Shown: positions 49,226 to 62,149 of the stretch, piece by piece | Layout of the letters: every line of letters starts with the position of its first letter | Numbering within the stretch: position 1 is the stretch's first letter | Assembly (NCBI GenBank): GCA_028534125.1 | Contig: CM052816.1 | Span: 76,882,001-76,946,000, forward strand | Source of the DNA: Lama glama | Lineage: Eukaryota | Reading direction: 5' to 3' | DNA length: 64,000 nt | Made by a program: the position numbers and the translations under genes | The notes under the pieces: model-generated | Seen by the model: the letters and a program-made list of their open reading frames with translations, nothing else | The model's database searches: none | Told to the model about the DNA's origin: nothing

Positions 49226-50723
49226 CTATGTCCATGAATGGATTGAGAGGTGAATGGAAGGTTAAAAAACTGAGACACATAATGGATGCCTCTTTCCAGA
49301 AAAAAAGGTCTTTTTTATTTTGTTTTGCGGAATTGTTTGTTTCTAAGACAGAAAAGACTTGAGCTTTTCAAAAGCTGATGGGAAGGATCCAGCTGAGAGG
49401 GAAAGATAAAAAGGTAATAGAGATAATGGACAATTAGAGAGTTAATTTTCTTGAAAAGATAGAGGTTTGGACAGAAATAGAGTCTGAATTACAATTTTTT
49501 TTCCTCTAACAAATTATGTCATTACATCTGGGAAATGCTAAGCATTATTCTGGACACATCATAAGGACTCAAATATTATCACATTATTATTATGATTAAT
49601 TTTGAAATACCTGCTGATCCTGCCTGTATTGTCACAGTCATGCCACATAGCCACATAGTAACTATGTATGTCATTTCTTCTGCCTCCTGCTTGAGATTAC
49701 CTGCTAGGTTATGTAACCTTGAACAAGAGTCTAAACTTTGCTAAGACTCAGGATCTTCATTTATAAAATAAGAAAGTACTTGCTTTACAGGGTTGTAAAA
49801 ATGAATTGAAACTATGTACTTAAGCATTTAATACAGTGTCTGAAACGTATTAACTTTAATCATCATCATCCTGCTTGCTAGTTTGCTATTTTACGTTTTA
49901 AACATGTCATGTGAATGAAACCCTACTGAGGTGAGCGTTATTTTAATTATGGCAAGCTTGCTCTGACTCCAAGTTACTTGCCAGCTGATTTTTGAGAGTA
50001 ATAGAGACACACTTAGGGTTAAATACAATAAATAAAAATGAAATAATAATAAATAAACCCAATGTCTGGGCCAGGTCCAGTTTCTACATCTGAGTTTCAC
50101 ATTAAGGTGTGGACATCACATTTTGTTTGGTATTTCCTGCAACTCCCTATGTTATAGGGAGAAAGGCATCCTGGCTTTCGTAATACAGGTGTCTATTTTC
50201 TAATTCAGTAAGTTCATCTGTTTCATTGGGGAAAATATTAGGCTGTGTATATGGTCTTCTAGAGTAGGAACATAGCCACAATCTTCCAGCTTTATTGGCA
50301 AAATTGGCAAAACAATGGATGCACAACAGTTACCTCTCACCTCTAGGGATTTGTCTTCATGCAGCAATTCCTCTGTAACTGTCTCCACAGCCTAGTGAGT
50401 GAGAAGAGTTTTCCAAATGTCAAAAAGCATGTTTAAACACCAACTTGTTAATGGTCTGCCTACTCCAGTTTAGGTAACAGTTCAGTCAGAGTTCTTGGCT
50501 GCAAGCAACTGAAATTAACTATTGCCTCACTCACAAGTTGAAGTCCCTGGAGAGAGAACGCCATTAAATGTGCTTAAGTTATGTGCCTGCCCATGTGGTG
50601 GGGTCACGGAGGTTCCTAATGCTTTGGCTCCCAAGTGAAAGAAAATCACCTAGAATTGTCCTCTCAAATAAGACTATAGTCGCTGGTGGAAAGATAATTT
50701 CCCAATATAAAAATCAGAGTGTT

Positions 50724-50816
50724 ATATTTACCTGGCAGGGGAGATACCAAATGCAGGGAACTCAACTGCATAATTTGTGGTAGTGGGGAACTGTGTTCGT
50801 GCCTTCCCCTCGGAAA
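50724..50816 (+). pseudogene. RNU1 pseudogene: U1 snRNA processed pseudogene with internal deletion, short A tail and TSD
   Basis: ATATTTACCTGGCAGGGGAGATACCA matches U1 nt 1-26. AATGCAGGGAACTCAACTGCATAATTTGTGGTAGTGGGGAACTGTGTTCGTGCCTTCCCCT matches U1 nt ~103-163. TSD AAAAATCAGAGTG(T/C)T at 50709-50723 and 50817-50831. Confidence 0.92.
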
Positions 50817-51209
50817 AAAAATCAGAGTGCTATCAAGAGAATGGAATCTGGCCTCGTGAGTAAAGCAGGCAAAGTATGTGTGTGTATATATATGTATGTG
50901 TGTATATATATGTATCTTTTACATATAGATAGACCAAGGTATATTTTGCTCACATATTAAATACATTGTGATATTTCTCTTCTATAAGAAATTTTCTCAG
51001 TTTTCTTGAAGAATTTGGCCTTCTATCTTTCTTTACTCACTTTTGATGGAGACATAGAGAAATGGTTCTGTCCTATAAGAAACATCAGAGTGCCAACATG
51101 ATGATGAATAGCAACTGATCATCTTTGGTGTGGGGATCCATGGAGAATGGTGGGGACTGTGGCAAACAGTAGAATGTAACCTCTGTCTATAGGAGTTAGT
51201 TGCTAATTA

Positions 51210-51695
51210 TGCTGGATATCTTCTGCATGGCCCTCCAGATCCCCTCGCCAGTCCACCCTGCGCTGTGCCCCTCAGGACTACCCTTTATGGGCTGCCTCCA
51301 GAGGCAACCTTGGCTTATAGATTCCAGTTTCATTTGTCCAATGAGGAGCACTAGCAGGCAATCAGAGGGATTGAGAGTGAGATTTGGGTATTTATCCCTC
51401 CAGCTTCCTCCCTGAGGCATGGTCACAAGCTAACTGTGTCCTTCACCCAAGGTCTCAGCTCTGCCAGGTAGCCTTCTCCATGACGTGCTGACTCCCCGGG
51501 TTCCAGTGCTTCTCCATCCCCTTCCTCCAGGATTGCATTCACTCCTCGAGGTTACCAGTTCCAGGATGCTGCTTCTTACTTGGTGGTTTCCCTACACACT
51601 GTCCACACATTTATCATTAATCCCTTTATTAAGCCTTCCTCAAATTTCCCAATTTGAATTTTCCATTTGTTTCCCATCTGGGCCTTACTAATATA
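51210..51695 (+). mobile_element. ERVL LTR relic (LTR33-like)
   Basis: ccaccctgcgctgtgcccc...gggtatttatccctccagcttcctccctg...ccctttattaagccttcctcaaatttcccaatttgaa...atttgtttccc. Confidence 0.6.
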
Positions 51696-52919
51696 TGACT
51701 CAACTCTAGTGGATTATGGGTCCAGTGTTGATAAGCTCTCACATTTTTCAAAAGAAGTAATCTCTTTCTCTCTCTCTTTCTCTCTCTCTCTATATATATA
51801 TGTGCTACTTTTTTTCTTTTTCTTTCTTTCCTTCTTTCTTGTATTGATTCAGGTTTTCTTAAATGCACTATTCAGACCAAATTATCCTTGTAGGCTAAAT
51901 TTGACCCATGCAGTCAGTCTGCCCATTTAAGAAGGGAAATAAATCACATGAAGCACAGACCACTCTGTATCTAGCCAACTTGCCAATAATGAGGAGCCTT
52001 ATTGTGAGGGTGAGTGACAGACAAAACTTATATAGTGTCTATGATCACCAGATTCCATTTCTGTTAATATCGTCAAATGCCATTGAGAAGTCTAATAGGC
52101 ATATAATCAGAAAAGAAAAAAAAAAAAACCTCATGCTTCTGCACACAAATTCCTTAGCATCTGATATGTTGCAAATGCCACGGCCTGGAACCGAACAGAA
52201 ATCTAAAGTCAAGTTGTGGTTTGGGTCTCACCAAGCTTAGAGTGATATTCAATAGCTAAATTATTTTGTTTGTTTGTGGCCAGGTCCTTATAAGCAAAGG
52301 AGAGCAAAAAAATACCTTCTATGACCACCAATGTCAACTCTCTCGTCTCAGTTCTTAGAGACAGATCTTTGAAATAGTGTAATAGTTTTCAAAAACGTAA
52401 AGTTGATGAAAAGTTTTATTCAGGCATGTTAACTCTCTCTTCCCTTTCAAATTCATGAGCTCACACATGTCATTGGCTACCGAAGCTTAATTCACCATTC
52501 AATCTCTAGCAGCACTATTGAAAGTAAGCCTTTTTTTTTTTAAGTTAGGATGAAATTTGGGTTCTTGTACTTTACTAATAGTACTAATACTAATAAGATA
52601 TGCTTGTCAGAGCTTCACCCTAAATGGTAGAAGCTGTGTTAAGGAAAGCACTGAAATACTGTTGCCACGCACACACCTCAGGGAACCAGAGTTTTCTTCT
52701 GGTTTCTCGTCTTTAATATGTATAGATCTAAAAGAGGTGCACTAGGCGACGCTGGTTACTAAAATCCAAGATCTAAATAAATGTACAGGACGAGAAAACC
52801 AAAACCACAAAGTATTCAAGGACACATAATGGTTTTTGTGCATCTGTCTAGAAGAGAAACAACACAAAAATCTCTCCAGAGCTAGGCTTACTGGGAGACT
52901 GACTTACAAGCAGACTTAC

Positions 52920-53335
52920 TGGGAAGGTTTCTTAGTTGGCTCCCTAGGAACTGAGCTCAAGACTGGAATCCTTTTGTGAGGGTTTTGTGGGAGGACATCT
53001 CCCAGGAGAAATCTGTAAAGAGTGAGGAAGCAGGTTAACACAGGGGAAGAAGGTGGGCAAAGACTCAGGCAGATTCCAGAAGGAAGCACAGGAGCAGGAG
53101 GGGCTGCACAGAGCCATGCCACATTGCAGCAAGGGATCCAGGCTCCTTTCCGTCTTGTCAGCATTCAGCGGCTACCAGAGGCTTCCTCCTCCCCCAGCCT
53201 CAGTCTCCAGTGTGTCTCTGGGCAACGTTGCTCCTTTGGATTGAGGGCAATTCCCTGGAATGAGGTGCCACTGTGAGCGTTAGCAGACACTTCTTATAGC
53301 AACTGAGGGATGGGTGCACCTGCTAGTAGAAGTTA
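52920..53335. mobile_element. ERVL LTR relic (LTR16-like)
   Basis: tttcttagttggctccctaggaactgagctcaagactggaat...agtgaggaagcagg...gagggcaattccctggaa...gagggatgggtgcacc. Confidence 0.5.
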
Positions 53336-53709
53336 CTGGGGATAGATCAGAAGTCAGTTTTTTGCAGAAATGTGATTCTCTCATCAAATAGGAAGGGGTA
53401 TAAAAGTGTATATTTTATGGACCAAATCCTAAAGTGGTCCCTTCTGACATCATGAAGGGGTTGTTCTGGCTCGTCAAGCTCTTGTCAGCATCCTGAATCA
53501 TTTCAGCTGCAAAATCACCTGCCAGGAAATGTACACCGGACAAGTAAGCTGAGAGGCAGTTAAAGGTGAATGTTCTTTGTAAGCCTATTTCTTATTATTC
53601 TAAGTTTTTTTTTTTACTAATTTATTCAAATGGTAAGATAATCCAGTCTCAGGAGTTAAGTCAGTTTCATACATATGCTGCATTGTCATCATCATCTTCA
53701 CCATCCATT

Positions 53710-53890
53710 AGCATCTGTTGAACGCTTACCATGTGCTAAGCGCTGTGAGCCTTGTCCCATTTAAACGTGATGTCAACCTTATCAAGTCAGGCTCATTTTA
53801 CTATAAAGAGACAAGGCTTAGAGATGATACATGCTTTGCCCAAGTGACATGGCCAATAAGGCTTACACTTTGTGCCCAAGACCTTATTAC
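53710..53890 (-). mobile_element. MIR SINE relic
   Basis: gttgaacgcttaccatgtgctaagcgctgtg...cattttactataaagagacaaggcttagaga...ttgcccaagtgaca. Confidence 0.65.
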
Positions 53891-56238
53891 CGTGATGTCC
53901 TGCTTTCCGTGTGTATCTGATACACACCTGTCCCTATGCTTCCTGAATCACAAAAAAAAAAAAAACATGAAAATTATCACTAAGGCACAAAGGAGCCAGA
54001 ATTGTTGGTTCTTTTTCATTATGATACAGATGTCAAACAGATACGTTAGTGTTGAATAAGGTACAGAGCCCTGTTCCAAAAGAAAGACAAGACTGAAATA
54101 TAAATGTACTTAGTGTTGGGCAAGTTTGGGGAGTATGAGCTGCAATGTTTACAGTAACTTCAGGAAATAAAAAGATAAAAAACATACAGTGAATGACTTT
54201 TTTTTAACAGTTGTATCAGAATTTACACATTCAGAGTAGTATCGTTCTCTTCAAGATAGCCAGTTGTAGGAATCCACATTTGTTACAATTATTTGAATGA
54301 GATTAAGATTTATTATTATGCCAAAAAGGAGGAATTCCACTTCTAATTTGCCTTTAGAACTTAGGAAAAATTTATTTTTTAACATCTTTGTTATCAAAAG
54401 ATAATAAATGTTTCTCTTTTGAAAGTGGATTTGATTTTTACAAATAGGCTAAAACCATCTAAGCGTCATCTAGTGTATAAAGTGGGTCAGCAAGCAAAGC
54501 AATACTTTTTTGTACAGTTGAGCTGTGACTATAAGTTAATGATGGTTCTTGTTCTTCATAAGTTGCCTCTAAACTTTTTTAGCATCTAAAGATAAATTTC
54601 ACTGAATATTTAAATTTTAGGGTTAGATAATAGTAAAATGTTTTCCATCCCTCCCTGTCACTTTTTAAAAATGAATTTTAGCATTCAATAAAATATTCTA
54701 AATATATTTAAAGCTCCCTGTGTGCTTCATCCTGATTACACTCTACTCCCTCCCTCCTCAGAGAAAACCAGTGCCTGATTTTCGTGTTTATCATTCCCAT
54801 GCATGTCTTTATACTTTCAATACATATGTATGTATCTCTCAAATTTGTCAAGTATTATTTTTTATGTTAAATTTGATGTAACTAGTATCATACTATATTT
54901 ACTAATCTGCAACCTGGTTTTGTGACTCCTCACTATGTTTGGGGAAGGTGTATCATTCTTTGAATGAACAAACCACAGATATTTCTGTTTTTCTACTGAA
55001 ATCCAGGTTAAATTATTCCCATTTTCTACAGTGGACGTTCATGTCAGAATTTCTCTGGGTACACGTATGAGGTTTCTCTATGGCATTATACCCAGGAATG
55101 GAACTGATAAATGGTAGAATGGGGCATCCTCCACTGAAAGGATATCACTGAACTTTTTTTTGGGTGTCTTATTTAAGAAACTCCTATTTTTACCAGCTCG
55201 TGAAGATATTCTACATTTTCTTCTAGAAGTTTTAGTTTCACTTTCCACTTTTAATTCTTTGAATCCACCTGGAAATGTGGATCTCCCCCCTCCATCCTAG
55301 ATAAGTGCTTCCTCCAGATCACGTATTGACTGGTTCAACTCCATCCAATAATATGCAAGACCAATTCTCTATCATATGCCAAGGTCCCCTTTATGCCTGG
55401 GTCTATTGTGAGACTCATTCCCAGGACTTCACAACTATATTTATTTCCACTATATTCATGCTGAGAATTGATTGCTGTTTGATCAGATAATTTCAAGACT
55501 CTGGGTACTTTTCACAAAAAAATTTTAAGAATTCAATAGCATCAATACATTATTAAAAGAGAAGCCATGATAATTTTAAAAATCTCAATTATGACAGTAA
55601 TTAAAATTAAAAGAATTAATTACCATTCATAGGAATACTGTGGGAAAAAATTAATAAAAGTAAAAAAAATTAGAAATTTACAAATTGAGGTCAGAAAATG
55701 CAGAATATTAGACAGTATGTGAAAACCTGAAAATGGCAAAATATTTCTCAAAAAATAAAGCCTACTTCTCTGATTCCATGTTGACCAAGTAAACCCCTGG
55801 TAATTAACTCAGTTTCCTGAGTATATTTGGAAAGAGGGTAACGCAGGAGAACAGAAACAGATACTTCAGTTCCTGGAAAAGTTATTCTACTTACAAATTG
55901 CTTTCTTATACAAATGATTCTTATGAGTATATGTTATAGTATGATCTTCAGGAAAATTCTAAAATAGGATCTGAAAACCACTGGCACCAACCACGTAATG
56001 ATTTTTCCTTCTTTTGGAGATGTGGACTCTCACATACTGTGACCTTTGTTTTTAAAATTCGCTAAGCCATGTTCCAGAGTTCCTCACCTGATTGACAGGT
56101 AATATGTCTGCACCAAAGTTGAATGAAAACTTAAGCAACTACCTTTTTGAAACTCTTTTCTATGGAATTCTGCTTACATTGTCTTCTGTGCTTGCTTTTT
56201 TTTTGGTAAGTCTCTTTGCAAGAAAATCAAGTTTTAGA

Positions 56239-56380
56239 AAGGAAGGTATATAGCTCAGTGGTAGAGTGTGTGCATGAGATCATGAGTTCAATTTCCAGTA
56301 CATCCATTAGGAATAAATAAATACCTAATTACCTCCCCTCACCAAAAAAACCCCCAAACAAACAAACAAAAAAAAAAGAA
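56239..56380 (+). mobile_element. tRNA-Ala-derived SINE with extended tail
   Basis: gtatatagctcagtggtagagtgtgtgcatgag...gagttcaatttccagtac...taaatacctaattacctcccc plus A-rich tail. Confidence 0.8.
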
Positions 56381-56499
56381 AATTTTTAAAAGCATTCATC
56401 AGGAAAGAAGTCTGCCTAAACTAACACTAATTAAAGAAGTGTCTTGGGTTTTCCCTCTATCATGACCAGCTATTTGATTTCTTCATCTGATTCTATTAT

Positions 56500-57885
56500 T
56501 TTCTGTTTAAAATACAAAAAATGTGATTATTTTATTAAGTACATATGGATTTACAATTTTAAATCTTCCTTATAGTTGAGCCTCTTTTAATTATATTGAG
56601 ACATTTTTCAATCACTAATCATGCTTTTTGCTTATTCTTTTTTTCTTTCATATTAATTCAACCACCTCAGCTTTTTTTCATCTTGTATACAATTCTTAAC
56701 TTTCAATTTTTAACTTAAAAAAATTTTAGTGTATCTCTAGTAAACAGAAGATAGTTGGATTTTTAAAAATTAATCTAACAATCTCTGACTTTTGACTTGT
56801 CCATTTACAATTAATTACAAATAAAGCATCACATCCATGCACAGATATTTAGATTTGTTTTTTAATCTTACAGTATACTTTCTATTTGTTAGGTTTCTTT
56901 CTTATTTGTTTTATGCTTCTTTGTTCTCCTTCTTGTCTGTTTTGGAGACTTATTTCTTCCTTTGCTGGTGGTGTCAGCTCATTCCCCACAACCCCATCCC
57001 ACTCATGTCCAAACTCTATGATCCATTTCTCTCCTCTTTTAGTGGTTATCCTGGCATTTTTTTCTGCTTACTCCACAAAGTCTAAAGTTGATTAATTACT
57101 TAAACCCTCCCTCAGAACAATATAAAAGTTTTTGGACAAATTAATTCACATGACCCACTCCTACATAACAAGCTATTGTTGTCTGGTATTTTGTTTCTTT
57201 CCTCTCTAATCCCTAATATAAAAATATAATTATTTATAAATGCAGACTGTTTTTATTTAAATTTGTTTACATAATTTACTAAATTTTTTAATTCATCACA
57301 CTTCCACGTATCTTAGATGATCTTCCCAAAGCCATTTTGTTTCTCTTCAAATGTGTATAATGAAAGGACCTACAGTCAAGTCTTCTGATGGTAAATGCTC
57401 CCACTGTTTGATTATCTAGAAAAATCTTGGCTCTTCCATTTTCTTCTAAGACAGCTTTCTTTTTTTTTAGGTACAAACATTTTGGTTGACAGTCATATTT
57501 GTTTACCTTTTTAAAGATAATTTACCTGGCATCTTCTGGCATCTATTATTTCTGCTAAGGGGGCTACAATTATTCTAATTATGGTTCTCATAGGTTATCT
57601 GGCTTTCTTCTGCAACTGCTTTTAAGATCTCTTCGTCTTTGGTTTTCTGTACTTTCACTATGTAGTGTCTAGATGTGGATTTCATTTTATGTATCCTGAT
57701 TGCCATACATTATCCCTCCCATATTTGTTAATTTGTGTCTTTCATAAATCCTGGAATATATGTCATAATCTCTCCAAAGATTGCATCTTCTTTCTTCTCT
57801 CAATTCTTTCCTTCTGGGAATCCTATTAAAGTATGTTAGAACTTTTTATACTATGCTTCACAGATTTTCTACCCCTTGGAATAAT
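56500..57885 (-). mobile_element. Old L1 relic (5'/ORF1-proximal part, antisense)
   Basis: T-rich antisense L1 pattern: gctttaagatctcttcgtctttggttttctgtactttcactatgtagtgtctagatgtggatttc. Confidence 0.55.
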
Positions 57886-57889
57886 TTCT

Positions 57890-58175
57890 ATTTCCATTTT
57901 TTAGATTAAGGTACAAATTATATACAGGTAAATTCAACCTCTTTAATATACAGTTCTGTAAGTTTCACACATATACATAATCACTACTATGAATAAAAAA
58001 TAGAACCATTCCATCACTGTTAAAAATTTCCCTGTGCCAGGTTGTAGTCAACTCCTCTTCTGAACTCCAGATCCTGACAGCTACTGATCTCATTTCTGTC
58101 ACTATAGGTTTGCCCTTTTCAGAATGTCATATAAATAAAATCACAGTGTATACAATCTTTAAGTCTGGCTTCTTA
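57890..58175 (-). mobile_element. L1 (L1MB/MC-like) 3' end
   Basis: atagaaccattccatcac...ctactgatctcatttctgtcactataggtttgcccttttcagaatgtcatataaat. Confidence 0.75.
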
Positions 58176-58189
58176 AATTAAAATTTTAA

Positions 58190-58730
58190 TTCCGTTAAGT
58201 TGCAGGACACAAAATCAATATACAAAAATCACTGCATTTCTACACACTGACAATGAACAATGACAAATACTTAGGAATAAGTTCAACCAACAAGGTGAAA
58301 AATCTATAAAGCACTTAATCTATAAAGCATTATTGAAATAAATTGAAGAATACATAAATAAATAGATATTCCATGTTCATGGAACGGAATAATTAATACT
58401 GTTAAAATATCCATACTACCCAAAGTGATCTACAGATTCAATGCAATCTCTGTTAACATTCCAATGGCTTTTCCCAAAGAAATAGAAAAACAATCTCAAA
58501 ATTAATAAGGAGACACAAAAGACATCAAATAGTCAAAGCAACTTTGAGAACAAAGAACAAAACTGGAGACATTACACTTCCTTATTTCAAACTATATTAC
58601 AAAGGTGTAATTATCAAAACAGTGTAGTATTGGCATTAAAAAAACACATAGATCAATGGAACAGAAATAAACTTATGCATATATGAGAAAAAGATAATGC
58701 CTTCACTAAATGGTGTGGGAAAATTAGATA
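58190..58730 (+). mobile_element. L1 ORF2 fragment (degenerate)
   Basis: aagttgcaggacacaaaatcaatatacaaaaatca, ccatactacccaaagtgatctacagattcaatgcaatc, gatcaatggaacagaa (VAGx[23 protein letters not shown] motifs). Confidence 0.85.
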
Positions 58731-59110
58731 TTTTAATTTAAACCAACAATACATTGTTGTTGTCTTGGCTTTAAATGAGAAACTATCTTTTAAAAAGCAC
58801 CTTTTAAATTTACCTATATATTAACCATTGTTGTCTGCATTCTTCACATAGATCTAAATTTCCATCTGATATTATTTCTCTTAAGGCTGCATTAGTCTCT
58901 ATTATGGATGGAATCAGTAATTCTTCATTTAAAAACTATCTATCTATCTATCTAGGTATCTCCTATACATGTTGTTTCTGATCATCAATATCTGAAGCCC
59001 ATGGGATATATTCTAATTTTTATTTCTACTGATTCTTACTCATAGTGACTTTTCCTGTGAGTTTTGTGATCTTTGAACACAAACATTTATTTGCTCGATC
59101 TTACTGTGAA

Positions 59111-59208
59111 GGGGTGGGGGTGGCGGGGGTCCAGCTCAGTGATATACTGCATGCTTGGTTTGCATGAGGTCAATCCCCAGTACCTCTCTTAAGGAGGGAA
59201 AAAAAAGA
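59111..59208 (+). mobile_element. Degenerate tRNA-Ala-derived SINE
   Basis: G-rich leader, cagctcagtgata...gcatgcttgg...caatccccagtacctc, A tail. Confidence 0.7.
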
Positions 59209-59699
59209 ATCTTAAAAAAAATTAAATTGTGAAGAGCCTTGGAGTTAGGTAGTTCATACTTTTCTCCAGAAAGGATTTCTAATTGCTACTACTGGAAGCC
59301 AGGGGGCACTACCAATTTGGGTCCACTTTGGGCCACTTCTAGGATCACGGGCTTGACGCAGAAGTGTCACGTCCCACTTTTCCACATTCTGGTAGTGGCT
59401 TAGTCTTCAAAGTTCAGGTATGCTATTGGCATTTGTCCTCTAGATGGCTTGGCTTTTCCAGTTTTCTATTTGCTTACTGTTGCTCTAATTTCAGTACACT
59501 TTTTGGTTTTTGGGTTTTGGTGGAAGTTTTTGAGATTTTTTTTTAGCCAAATAAATAAACAAAGAAAAGAAAAAGAGAATAAATTAAACTTCTAGTATTT
59601 AGTATACAGATCAACAATGGAGCTGTCATTTGGTGAGTAGGTTAAATTGGCATGAGTCATATAAGGCATCCTGAGGGAAGACTGGGGCTTCTGCAACTC

Positions 59700-61600
59700 A
59701 GAGGAGTTCACAATACTCCCACAGGAAATTTTTTCAGCTGGGCATATGTCCATATATTACATCCAAATAAGTGGAATTGAGGAGTATATTTTAAACTATC
59801 CTTCACAAAATGGACACATGGCTTAAAAAGAATCTTACGAAGAACTGTGTGTATGTAACACAAGTAGTGAAAGCACACATACGTGATTTTAAAATATGGA
59901 AGATGAGTTACTCCTATGCCTGATATTAGCACTTTATCAATATCATGACAAGGGAAAAGCAATGATAATGTAATCAGACACCGCAATGTCAGCCAACATT
60001 TAAAAAAGTGAAATTATTAAGATCATGTGAAATACGAATTTATGCATATTATCCTTTACTATTATTTAACTCTAAGTGTATATTGTTCCTTGAGATATTA
60101 GCTAATAATAGCATAAAACTATCTGATTAGAAAAAATGTTTTAAAAGGTGCATTCAGAATATGAAGATAATTTTCTAATTTTTTCCAGTAATGTTAGAAG
60201 TCATGCAGTATTAAATTCATTACTTTGCAAAAAGACACTTCTTTTTAGCAATGGACAAAGAGGTACATACCAGTGGTGAATACAGTGACATGTCCCGCTA
60301 TGGTTAAAAAAAAAATAGCTTAAAAAAAACACACAAAGAAAACAATTTGTTGACAAAACTAAAATGCAGTCCCATTGGTGAACCGAAACAGAAAAAGGAA
60401 AAGAAAAAAAAACAAACACACTGAAGAACTGAAGAAAAAGATATTTGAACAAAAATAGGCATTATGGAGGCTTTGTGGTGTAGCTGGATGGAAGCACAGA
60501 TGTTTCTACACTTGTCTCAGTTTACAGTATTTGCTAAATTCTGTTGGGTGGTAAAATACACCAATACCATTCTTTTTCTGCACCACCAAAGTAAAGATGT
60601 ACCAAAGAACATATATCCTTATCAGTAAACAACCTCCTTAATAAAAACAATGTTCTATGAAAAAAATCAATGAATCAGTTGCTATAAATGAAAATTTTAA
60701 AGGGATTCACAAAATAGAGATAATACCACATGTGGTATTTTTATAGTAAAGACCTTTAAAATACAGTTGAATTTTCACACACTTTGATATGAGAAGCGGA
60801 GTGACAATGAAAATTTTTTGTACCATGCATATGTTTGATATTTATTTAGTGCCAAACTGTTTTTCATGATGACTGTTTCCAGCAGCATGTTATCAATCAG
60901 AAATATTTTAAAAATATTAAATCTAATCTTTCCCTTCAAGGCAGACAAAATAACAATAACCAAGAAAGTTATGACTTTTCAGAAGAAATTTGTGCTAGGA
61001 AGAGAGCATTTAGATAACAGACATTTGGAAACACTTTCATAGTTTTGTGAATTTTTTTTTCTGAAAACAAAAATATACATGCGTCACCTACGTACATTTT
61101 TACATCTACACACTTAAAAATCGTGGAAACAGTTCCTAACACACTTAGAATATTTCAGAAGAAGAGTTTTAAAACCATTTGCTAAACACTTCTAAATGTT
61201 ATGCCTTCCAGTTTGCTCTGAAAACAAATTGTCCTTAGTGAAAATTGACATTTATTAACCAAATTACATAAAAAACTTTTGTACAGATGGAATTTGGATG
61301 CATTTGAAAAATGAATATTATGACTTAGCAACTGCAGCCAAAAGGGTAGCTCTTCCATTTTCAACCTTTTATTTTGTGAGATTCCAGCCACTAAAACCCA
61401 ATATCCAAATAAACTCTTCTTAGAATTGGACTTCAGAATTGCTGTACCACAAAGATTTTAACAAGAAATTTTTTAAATAAAAAAGAATGTTTGGCTTCAT
61501 TACTTGTATTTGTGCCATTCGTAAAGTAACATAAAAAATTACTTTGATCCATTTTATTTCATCTTTATGTTTTATGTTTTAGTTAATAAAACAAGTTAAT
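59700..61600 (+). mobile_element. Fossil hAT-Charlie DNA transposon (Charlie7-like) with decayed transposase
   Basis: Frameshifted motifs in order: ATG GAC ACA TGG CTT AAA AAG (~59810), KCILxLEILANNSIK (BED-like, ~60075), xLDGSTDVS..LSQFTVFAKFC (~60480), NLSLQG (~60923), LKNEYYDLATAAKRVALPFST (~61305), KTQYPNKLxLELDFRIAV (~61395). Confidence 0.75.
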
Positions 61601-62149
61601 ACACATGCATTGGAGTATGCACACAAACGTACTTTTTAAATGATGAGATGCACAATTTTTTTTATGTCCACTGTTTAACAAATTATTATAATCAAATATT
61701 TATAATTGTAGTTTAGGATAGCCAACAAAATTTCTCCAAAGTAGTTTTCCTTAAAAAAAAAATGCACAAGTAATTTGTTTTAGAACAATTAAAATGAGAA
61801 AAAGAAAGGTAAAATCAGTCAAAATTCTACCAATGAGGGATAATCACTGTTGAAATTGTAACATACACCCTTCTGGATTTTATTTTATAAATGTATGCAT
61901 CTTCTTCTTTCACAAACATAGGCTTATATTTCATTTAAAGTTGTTTTTATTGAGGGCCTTTATACTTAACAGAATTTTTTTAAATGAAATTTTACATGTG
62001 ATTTTGGGACAGGTTAAAATGTAAAGGAACAGTATTAAGAGGCTACTTCCTGCTGTGACCAAGGCTGAATCTTCATAATTAACCCTATGTAAGATTAAAA
62101 CATTGGTTTAATTTAGCCCATTGCCTGTCATTCTAATGGCCTTTATCTA

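Noticed and set aside
50724..50816. Functional variant U1 snRNA
   Set aside because: Lacks SL I loop and SL II (U1-70K and U1A sites), and has an A tail and TSD in place of a recognisable snRNA promoter or 3' box.
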